Shown piece after piece: positions 55,101 to 61,761 of a DNA stretch of 64,000 nt. The notes beneath the pieces are model-generated. The model saw only the letters and a list, made by a program, of their open reading frames with translations. It made no database searches and was not told where the DNA came from. Source of the stretch: Actinomycetota bacterium (GTDB lineage: Bacteria; Actinomycetota; Actinomycetes; Nanopelagicales; Nanopelagicaceae); the NCBI GenBank assembly GCA_947490845.1, contig CANLHI010000003.1, forward strand, positions 2,774 through 66,773. Reading direction: 5' to 3'. A program made the translations under genes and the position numbers. Numbering within the stretch: position 1 is the stretch's first letter; every line of letters begins with the position of its first letter.

Positions 55101-55620
55101 AGGTGAGCTCAAGGGCACCGAACGTACTCGCTTCTCCTTCCCTCGCCAATCTCGTGATCGCCGTTTATGTTTAAGTGATTTCTTTGTATCCAAGGAATCT
55201 GGCAAGACAGATGTTGTTGCCTTCCACGTTGTGACGATGGGAAATGTAATTAGCGAGGCGGCCGCCGAACTATTTGCTGCAAATAATTATCGTGAGTATC
55301 TCGAACTTCACGGTTTATCTGTTCAATTAACAGAGGCGCTGGCCGAGCATTGGCATGCCAGAATTCGCGAAGAGTTGAACGTTCGCGATCAAGACTCACC
55401 AGATTTACAAGGGATCCTCGATCAGGGATACCGCGGCTCACGTTATTCATATGGCTATCCAGCCTGCCCTGATTTGGAACAACAATTGCAACTTTGCGAA
55501 CTGCTTGAGCCCGGACGCATCGGAGTCGAGCTCTCTGAGGAATTCCAGTTACACCCTGAGCAAAGTACATCGGCAATTATCGTTCATCACCCTGAAGCAA
55601 AATATTTCAACGCAAATTAA
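52114..55620 (+). CDS. metH: cobalamin-dependent methionine synthase
   Basis: DGAMGT, GGCCGT, GERTN, the B12 motif GDVHDIGKN, and RYSYGYPACP. Confidence 0.97.
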   Translation: MTSHNRNRPPGLLRQAMSSRTVIADGAMGTMLQEADPTLEDFQGHEGCNEILNVSRPDIVRKVHDQYLAVGVDAIETNTFGANWANLAEYGIEDRIYELAFAGAQIAREAADAVSTPEKPRFVLGSLGPGTKLPSLGHTTYEHLKNAYYIACKGLLDAKSDALLIETTQDLLQAKAAVNGARQAIDEVDFDVVLIAQVTVETTGTMLLGSEIGAALNALEPLEIDLIGLNCATGPAEMSEHLRYLSKFANCAISVMPNAGLPILGAKGAEYPLGPDELAQALETFVGDYGISLIGGCCGTTPEHLAAVVNKLGAKAIPKRVSNLDPGASSLYQYVPFRQDNTYLAIGERTNANGSRAFRDALIAEDWESCVEIARDQIRDGAHMLDLSVDYVGRDGAKDMKELATRFATSSTLPIVLDSTEPAVLKAGLEALGGRSVINSVNYEDGDGPTSRFARIMPLVQEHGASVVALTIDEEGQARDCEWKLRVARRLIKDLNENWQMKTGDILIDCLTFPIATGQEETRRDGIETINAIRTLKSEFPEVQTTLGVSNVSFGLNPAARVVLNSVFLHECVVAGLDSAIVHPSKITPLVRIDERQKEVALDLIYDRRKYEGDVCTYDPLTEFLQLFEGVELAVSRNVRAAELAALPLTERLQRRIVDGEKVGLTDDLDLAMSEGIKPLLIINDHLLEGMKVVGELFGKGEMQLPFVLQSAEVMKNAVAYLEPFMEKTDDEGRGTILLATVKGDVHDIGKNLVDIILSNNGYTVVNIGIKQTVNQIIDAAQESNADVIGMSGLLVKSTVIMKENLEELTNRGLAEKWPIVLGGAALTRAFVEQDLASTFPGEVRYARDAFEGLRLMDAMMAVKRGVFGAELPALRERKIPLRPKKDEPQVIDTKRSDVAEDVGVPAVPFFGSRIIKGIPLADYVGMLDERALFMGQWGLKGARGEFEAMAETEGRPRLRALLNQVQSKGWLNAAVVYGYFPCVSEGNDLIILHHEGELKGTERTRFSFPRQSRDRRLCLSDFFVSKESGKTDVVAFHVVTMGNVISEAAAELFAANNYREYLELHGLSVQLTEALAEHWHARIREELNVRDQDSPDLQGILDQGYRGSRYSYGYPACPDLEQQLQLCELLEPGRIGVELSEEFQLHPEQSTSAIIVHHPEAKYFNAN

Positions 55621-55638
55621 TATTTAAGGTTTATAAAA

Positions 55639-56307
55639 ATGTTTCAGGCGATTCTCTTTGATATGGATGGTTTATTCATCGATTCTGAGCCAGATTGGCA
55701 TGCGGCAGAGACCGAGATGATGCGCGGATATGGCTATGACTGGCAGCCTGCAGATCAATTGCAATGTTTAGGGGGACCGCTATCCCGCGTCACCGAATAT
55801 ATGTCGAGCTGTTTAAATAGCAAGATCAAGCCTGAGGTTCTTGGCAAGACAATTATTGATGAGATGAAAAAAAGGCTAGGTACTGCCACTTCCTACATGC
55901 CGGGTTCAATCCAATTTTCAAAGTTGGTCTGGCAGGCACAAATTCCGCAAGCCTTGGTAAGCGCTAGTCCTCGAGAATTGGTCGATGCAGTAGTTAGCAA
56001 TCTTGACCAAAACTTTTTCAGTCAGACGGTAGCAGCTGGAGATATTGAGCGAACAAAGCCATTCCCGGATCCTTATCTTCATGCCGCTAAGTTATTAGGA
56101 GTTGATATCTCAAATTGTCTAATCTTTGAAGATTCGCAGACTGGCATTACCGCAGCAACTGCGAGCGGTGCCTTTGTTGTAGCCATTCCGCATTTCATCG
56201 AGGTAACTGAGAGCGCAAGGCTAAAGCGGATAAATAGCTTTGTGGGCCTTACTCTGCAAGATTTAAATACGTGGTGGGATATCAATCAACGTGAGCTGGG
56301 CAGATAG
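55639..56307 (+). CDS. HAD-superfamily hydrolase
   Basis: FDMDG, KPFPDPY and FEDS. Confidence 0.92.
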   Translation: MFQAILFDMDGLFIDSEPDWHAAETEMMRGYGYDWQPADQLQCLGGPLSRVTEYMSSCLNSKIKPEVLGKTIIDEMKKRLGTATSYMPGSIQFSKLVWQAQIPQALVSASPRELVDAVVSNLDQNFFSQTVAAGDIERTKPFPDPYLHAAKLLGVDISNCLIFEDSQTGITAATASGAFVVAIPHFIEVTESARLKRINSFVGLTLQDLNTWWDINQRELGR

Positions 56308-57037
56308 CTTTAAAAAAGCACCATTCGCATAACTTGGTTGGTCTAGGTCGAAATTCGTTGCGTTCGATGGCTCGCAGAATATCTTCAGCAATATCAAAAA
56401 GTATGCGCTCTGTCTTCACTAAATCGGCCTCAGTCGGCACACTTTTAACTAAGCGAGTATCACCCAAATAAATAAGCTGGAGTAACTTAGGAATGACGCC
56501 GTTGTTCTTCCAATAGAGAAGTGCGTATACGCGCAATTGAAATAGCGCCTTCTCTTCCCAACCGGGTTTGGGAGATTTTCCAGTCTTGTAATCAACGATT
56601 CGAACTTCACCAGTCCGGGCAACGTCCAGTCGATCAACATAACCGTGCAGATAGAGTTTCTCGGAAAGATCCATCTCAAGATGGAGTTCACGATAGGTTG
56701 GCTCGAATGTGTTTGGTGATTCGAGAGTGAAGTAATTTCCCAATAGTTCTTCAGCTCGTTTAAACCACATCACTTCATCTAGAACTAACTTTGAAATATC
56801 TGGTTTTGCATCTTTTTGGGCTTGCCAACGAGATGGCAAAAGTTCGGTGGCGCGCTTTAGATCGCGATCCGGTGCAGGTAGTTCAAAGAGATCCTCCAGA
56901 ACGGTGTGAATTAGCGTTCCGCGTTCGGCATCAATACTGGGAGGTTCAGGAAGTAGGTCGATGGTGCGATATTTATAGAGCTGTGGACAGTTATTGAAGT
57001 CGTTAATGCGGCTGGGCGATAGACGCAGTTGGCTCAT
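56282..57037 (-). CDS. RecB-family PD-(D/E)XK exonuclease (Cas4/AddB-like, Rv2119-like)
   Basis: LSPSR...CP, GYVDRLD, IVDYKTG, QLRVYA and C-terminal CEWC...C (Fe-S staple pattern). Confidence 0.9.
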   Translation of the reverse strand: MSQLRLSPSRINDFNNCPQLYKYRTIDLLPEPPSIDAERGTLIHTVLEDLFELPAPDRDLKRATELLPSRWQAQKDAKPDISKLVLDEVMWFKRAEELLGNYFTLESPNTFEPTYRELHLEMDLSEKLYLHGYVDRLDVARTGEVRIVDYKTGKSPKPGWEEKALFQLRVYALLYWKNNGVIPKLLQLIYLGDTRLVKSVPTEADLVKTERILFDIAEDILRAIERNEFRPRPTKLCEWCFFKAICPAHVD

Positions 57038-57044
57038 GCGGTTG

Positions 57045-57066
57045 AAGATACAGCCTTTGGCTGTCA
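57045..57066 (-). promoter_or_regulatory. putative PafBC-dependent (RecA-NDp-like) promoter
   Basis: Minus strand reads TGACAG-N10-TATCTT-N7-ATG, against the consensus TGTCRG-N10-TANNNT. Confidence 0.6.
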
Positions 57067-57083
57067 ACGCCTAAGATGCTCCT

Positions 57084-57974
57084 GTGTCTAAGTCACCAGA
57101 GAGCACTGCCAGTGCCGCCGCAGAACGAAATCGCGGATTCTTTGTCGCTGGCGATCGCGTGCAGCTTACGGATCAAAAGGGCAAGATCTACAGCATCACC
57201 ATCACTCCCGGAAAAGAATGGCACACCCATAAAGGTTGGATAGTGCACGATGATTTAATCGGCTTGCCCGAAGGTTCAGTCGTTAGCACGAGCGCAGGTT
57301 TGAGGTTCACCGCATTTATTCCATTGCTAACTGATTTCGTTCTCTCAATGCCGCGTGGTGCAACGATCGTTTACCCAAAAGATTCAGCGCTAATTGTGGG
57401 GTTTGCAGACATTTTTCCGGGTGCACGAGTTCTCGAAGCCGGTGTTGGAAGCGGTGCGCTGACACTTTCCTTACTAAGGGCCGTTGGCGAAAAGGGTCAT
57501 GTGCACTCAGTAGAAAGACGGGAAGACTTTGCTGAGAATGCCAAGTCAAATATCTCAAATTATTTTGGGGGAGTGCCTGCCAATTGGTCTTTAGATATTG
57601 GTTCCATACAGGAAAAGGAATTTGCTGAGAGTTTTGATCGTGTAATTCTGGATATGTTGGCGCCCTGGGAATGTATTGAGTTAGCTGCAAAAGTTTTACG
57701 TCCCGGTGGTGTCTTCATGGCCTACGTTGCAACAACAACCCAGTTATCTGCAACCGCTGAGGCGTTAAAGGAAGATGGGCACTTCACTGAACCCGAGAGT
57801 TTTGAAAGCATGGTTCGCGGCTGGCACCACGAAGGCCTGGCAGTTCGACCACAGCAGAGAATGATTGGTCATACTGGCTTCTTAATTTTTGCACGACGTA
57901 TGGCGCCAGGTGTTGAAGTACTTGCTCGACGTCGCAGACCCGCGAAAGGTTCTTACGGTGTCGCGGAAGACTGA
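57084..57974 (+). CDS. trmI: tRNA (adenine58-N1)-methyltransferase
   Basis: MPRGATIVYPKD, EAGVGSGALT, LDMLAPW and HTGFL. Confidence 0.95.
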   Translation: MSKSPESTASAAAERNRGFFVAGDRVQLTDQKGKIYSITITPGKEWHTHKGWIVHDDLIGLPEGSVVSTSAGLRFTAFIPLLTDFVLSMPRGATIVYPKDSALIVGFADIFPGARVLEAGVGSGALTLSLLRAVGEKGHVHSVERREDFAENAKSNISNYFGGVPANWSLDIGSIQEKEFAESFDRVILDMLAPWECIELAAKVLRPGGVFMAYVATTTQLSATAEALKEDGHFTEPESFESMVRGWHHEGLAVRPQQRMIGHTGFLIFARRMAPGVEVLARRRRPAKGSYGVAED

Positions 57975-58908
57975 GCGTCTAGTTAATTTAACTATCGCTC
58001 TACTTGCAACCAAGCGTTATCTAACTAAATCAGAGATTTTTCGCACTGTAGATGGATATGAAGGAACACCTGAGGGTAAAGAGCGTATGTTCGAGCGTGA
58101 TAAGGATGATTTACGAAATCTTGGAATTGTGATCGAGGTGGGAACCTTCGATCCACTCTTTGAGGACGAATCGGGTTATCGAATAAAGCCAGAGAATTAT
58201 CAATTTCAATTAGGTGAATTAGATAGTAAAGATATCGCCTTACTATCACTTGCTGCAGAAGCTTGGCGCGGAGCTGCTTTAGATAGTTCGGCACTTAGCG
58301 CACTCGTTAAGTTACATGCGATCGGAATAGAAACTGATTCGGAAGCACTTCCTGATTTGGCACCGGCCATAATTTCTAAAGATACAAATTTAGCTCTCGC
58401 GATTTCGGCGATTACTTCACGCACCGTTCTCTCATTTAGTTATCTAAGCGAGACTCTGCAGGAAGAGAGCCGAGTTCTAGAACCATACGCAGTTGCTTCC
58501 AGATATGGACACTGGTACTTATTTGGCATGGATTTAGATCGTAAAGATTTGCGAAGTTTCCGCCTTGATCGAATCCTCGGAACGCTATCCACCAAGGGAC
58601 GAGCCGGTAATTATGAGATCCCGCAGAGTTTTAGCGTGGAAAGCCATTTACTTGAAACTCGTTCTCAACAGATGGCAGAGCTCTATTTGCGAAGCGGCAG
58701 AGCGTTGGCGCTGCGAAGTAGATCGACTGAAATTTTTGACGAGAAGACACCGCTTGGTTGGGAGCGCGTAGCCATTGAATATCGCGATGAAGACCGGATG
58801 GCTGAGGAAATACTTTGGTATGGCGAGGATGCAGTTGTTTTAAAGCCCGTAACGTTAAGAAACTCAGTGATGGAAAGCCTACAGGCCGGGGTTATTCGCT
58901 ATGGCTGA
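57958..58908 (+). CDS. pafB: WYL-domain transcriptional activator PafB
   Basis: KTERLVNLTIALL, RMFERDKDDLR and HWYL...RSFRLDRI. GTG start overlaps the end of trmI. Confidence 0.9.
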   Translation: MSRKTERLVNLTIALLATKRYLTKSEIFRTVDGYEGTPEGKERMFERDKDDLRNLGIVIEVGTFDPLFEDESGYRIKPENYQFQLGELDSKDIALLSLAAEAWRGAALDSSALSALVKLHAIGIETDSEALPDLAPAIISKDTNLALAISAITSRTVLSFSYLSETLQEESRVLEPYAVASRYGHWYLFGMDLDRKDLRSFRLDRILGTLSTKGRAGNYEIPQSFSVESHLLETRSQQMAELYLRSGRALALRSRSTEIFDEKTPLGWERVAIEYRDEDRMAEEILWYGEDAVVLKPVTLRNSVMESLQAGVIRYG

Positions 58909-59842
58909 AAAGCAAAGCACTCCTCTCGAGAAGGCAGCACGACTGCTGGATTTAGTTCCTTACATTTCAACTCATCAAGGTGTCGCCCTCTCTGAATTGG
59001 CTTCAGAGTTTGGGATAAGCGAGTCTGAATTACTTTCGGATCTAAATACTCTTTGGATGTGCGGCCTTCCTGGCTACACACCTCTTGAATTAATTGATCT
59101 TGAATTTGAATCCGGGTATGTCTCAATTCGCAACGCCGAAATTTTGCAGAAGGTTCGCCTGCTAACTAAAGACGAGCTAGTGATCCTGCTAGTTGGCTTG
59201 GATCTGCTCATCAAATCGATAGATCCCAAGCGCAATGATTTATTGAGCGCCATCACTGACCTACAGACCAAGATTAAAACCATTATTGGCGATATCGCAA
59301 CGATCGCTCCCATCGTCAACAGTTCATACCGAGCAATCGTTTTGAATGCAATCACAAGCCGAAAGAATCTACAAATCTCTTATCATTCACTTATTCGAGA
59401 TGAGTTGACTAATCGAGAGATTACGCCGATCGAATTAATGGTTGATCATGGGTATGAAGTACTTCAGGCATATTGTCATCAAGTTGGTGCCTATCGCACC
59501 TTTCGCCTCGACAGCATCGCAGAAATTGCTATCTCTGGAATCCAGCAGCCGCTGATTGAGAAACCTAAAGCCGATGAAGCTTTTCAAATGCAAATAGCTA
59601 TCTCAAATAGAATTAGAAGCACCCTGGAGCGATTTAGGATTACCGCCTCACAAGATGCCGCTGCCAAATCAGGGAGTCACACGGCCTTCTCATTTAGTCA
59701 AGACTGGCTTATCCGAAGTGCCATGAGCACCTTGGCCGCCACAGAGGTACTTTCTCCCCCTAACTCACGTGTTGAACTCGCTCGCAAGTGCCGCAAAACA
59801 CTAGATCTCTATGAGAGCGCAGTCTTCGGCAAGATCACTTGA
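58901..59842 (+). CDS. pafC: WYL-domain transcriptional activator PafC
   Basis: RLLDLVPY, LWMCGLPGY...LID and RTFRLD. Confidence 0.9.
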   Translation: MAEKQSTPLEKAARLLDLVPYISTHQGVALSELASEFGISESELLSDLNTLWMCGLPGYTPLELIDLEFESGYVSIRNAEILQKVRLLTKDELVILLVGLDLLIKSIDPKRNDLLSAITDLQTKIKTIIGDIATIAPIVNSSYRAIVLNAITSRKNLQISYHSLIRDELTNREITPIELMVDHGYEVLQAYCHQVGAYRTFRLDSIAEIAISGIQQPLIEKPKADEAFQMQIAISNRIRSTLERFRITASQDAAAKSGSHTAFSFSQDWLIRSAMSTLAATEVLSPPNSRVELARKCRKTLDLYESAVFGKIT

Positions 59843-59902
59843 TTGCGGGGCATATGCCCTTGAATTTGGGAATTTCTAAGCCGCATGCGCTACCGTTTGG
59901 GC

Positions 59903-60097
59903 ATGCCTTTCCTACGCGAACCAAGCCACATTCTTATTCTGCTCATTGTCGTAGTAGTTCTATTTGGAGCCAAGCGCCTTCCTGATTCAGCGCGTTCACT
60001 CGGAAAATCACTTCGCATCTTCAAAGGTGAGATGAAGGAAATGAAGAAGGATGGCGAAGATAAGAAGGACGGCACTGACGGCTCTGCCGCTCAATAA
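59903..60097 (+). CDS. tatA: twin-arginine translocase TatA
   Basis: [22 protein letters not shown]. Confidence 0.95.
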   Translation: MPFLREPSHILILLIVVVVLFGAKRLPDSARSLGKSLRIFKGEMKEMKKDGEDKKDGTDGSAAQ

Positions 60098-60102
60098 TTG
60101 CC

Positions 60103-60882
60103 ATGACGACCACCACTGGCGGTCGTATGCCGCTAATCGAACATCTGCGTGAGTTTCGTAAGCGAGTAGTCCGATCCGCGATAGCAATCTCACTAGCCTC
60201 AATTGTTGGCTGGTTTTTCTATAACGAAATAATCACCACATTAGCCCAGCCGGTTTGTGATTTAAAGGCAGCTCAAGATTTAGGCGCCGATCAATGCGGC
60301 GCACTTTATATCAACGGAGTTTTGGGCCCGCTTAATTTACAAATAAAAGTAGCGCTGCTTACCGGGGTTATATTAAGCGCCCCGATCTGGCTTTATCATC
60401 TTTGGGCGTTCATAGCACCAGCTTTGCATCGGCGTGAAAAGCGTAATTCGGTTTTCTTCATAGTTGCTGCGACACCGTTCTTTGCGGCAGGCGCCTTTCT
60501 CGGATACACGATCCTACCGATTGCAGTAGAAGTCCTGTTCGGTTTCACCCCAGAATCGCTAAATAACCTAGTTAAGTTTGATGATTATTTAGATTTCGTC
60601 ATGCGCGCGATTCTGCTTTTCGGTCTGGCCTTTGAACTACCGGTTTTCTTAATTACCTTTAATTTAATTGGATTCCTTAGTGGCGCAGCCATTTTGCGTC
60701 CTTGGAGAATATGGGTCTTCGCCATATTTCTCTTCGTCGCAGGTTTCACGCCAAGTGCTGATCCAATTTCCATGCTCGCCTTAGCACTTCCCTTAGTCGC
60801 GCTTTATCTATTATCTGGTTTATTTGCCGTATTAAATGATCGACGTCGCGCAAAGAAGAGATCCGCCACGGGAGAAATTTAG
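60103..60882 (+). CDS. tatC: twin-arginine translocase TatC
   Basis: MPLIEHLREFRKR, FELP and TPSADPISM. Confidence 0.96.
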   Translation: MTTTTGGRMPLIEHLREFRKRVVRSAIAISLASIVGWFFYNEIITTLAQPVCDLKAAQDLGADQCGALYINGVLGPLNLQIKVALLTGVILSAPIWLYHLWAFIAPALHRREKRNSVFFIVAATPFFAAGAFLGYTILPIAVEVLFGFTPESLNNLVKFDDYLDFVMRAILLFGLAFELPVFLITFNLIGFLSGAAILRPWRIWVFAIFLFVAGFTPSADPISMLALALPLVALYLLSGLFAVLNDRRRAKKRSATGEI

Positions 60883-60888
60883 GGAACT

Positions 60889-61761
60889 ATGTGGGCGATA
60901 GTAGTTAATCCAGTCTCTGGGGGCGGCAAGGGCGCAGTACTTGGTAGGGAAGTGGCTGGTTATTTCGCCACTGAGGCATTGCCTTATCAAGTTATAACAT
61001 CAACAACGGCACAAAGGCTGCAATCAAATTTACAAGACTTCCTAGAACTTCAGGGCGATCGTTGTCACGGAGTAGTAGCAGTTGGTGGCGATGGATTGGC
61101 ACACCTAGTCATGCAGTTAGTCGCTCCACGAGCGATCGCTTTCACAGTTATTCCAGCAGGTACTGGAAATGATTTTGTGCGAGCCTTGGGATGGCCGCTT
61201 AACTCGGTCACCAAACAGTTGGATTGCGTAACTAATGAGCAACCACAGAGGATAGACCTTGGTTTAGTTGACTCAGAGTGGTTTGGTGCGATTCTTTCGA
61301 CCGGTTTTGATTCTGTGGTGAATGAGAAGGCTAACCGTATGAAATGGCCAAGAGGGCCGATGAAATACAACGGAGCAATTGCTATGGAGTTGCCAAAATT
61401 TAGACCAATGCAATACACGATCGAATTGGATAGCAACTCTATTCAAACTGAAGCGATGTTAATCGCTGTGGCAAATGGTTCTAGTTACGGAGCAGGAATG
61501 TTGGTTTGTCCCGATGCTCGAATGGATGATGGGCTCTTTGATGTGATGGTCTTGCGTCCGGTGAGTAAATTGGAATTTATCAAAGTCTTTCCAAAAGTAT
61601 TTAAGGGTGCGCACGTCGACCATCCAAAAGTCGATATCTATCGGAGCAAACGTGTTTCACTCTCGGCCCCGGCGATCGCATATGCCGATGGCGAGAGAAT
61701 TGGTAGCCTGCCAGTTCAGGCTGAATGTATCGCCGGTGCTGGACTATCGTGGACCCCATGA
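60889..61761 (+). CDS. diacylglycerol/lipid kinase family protein (YegS/Rv2252-like)
   Basis: NPVSG, GGDG, PAGTGNDF and ADGE. Confidence 0.9.
   Translation: MWAIVVNPVSGGGKGAVLGREVAGYFATEALPYQVITSTTAQRLQSNLQDFLELQGDRCHGVVAVGGDGLAHLVMQLVAPRAIAFTVIPAGTGNDFVRALGWPLNSVTKQLDCVTNEQPQRIDLGLVDSEWFGAILSTGFDSVVNEKANRMKWPRGPMKYNGAIAMELPKFRPMQYTIELDSNSIQTEAMLIAVANGSSYGAGMLVCPDARMDDGLFDVMVLRPVSKLEFIKVFPKVFKGAHVDHPKVDIYRSKRVSLSAPAIAYADGERIGSLPVQAECIAGAGLSWTP

Noticed and set aside
56282-57037. Cas4-like nuclease plus WYL genes as a CRISPR or anti-phage system
   Set aside because: There is no array and no cas1/cas2. The nuclease-trmI-pafBC-tatAC-helY synteny is a core actinobacterial arrangement.
59903-60882. 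tatAC without tatB as a minimal Tat system
   Set aside because: tatB normally sits at a separate locus in actinobacteria, so this cannot be judged from the window.
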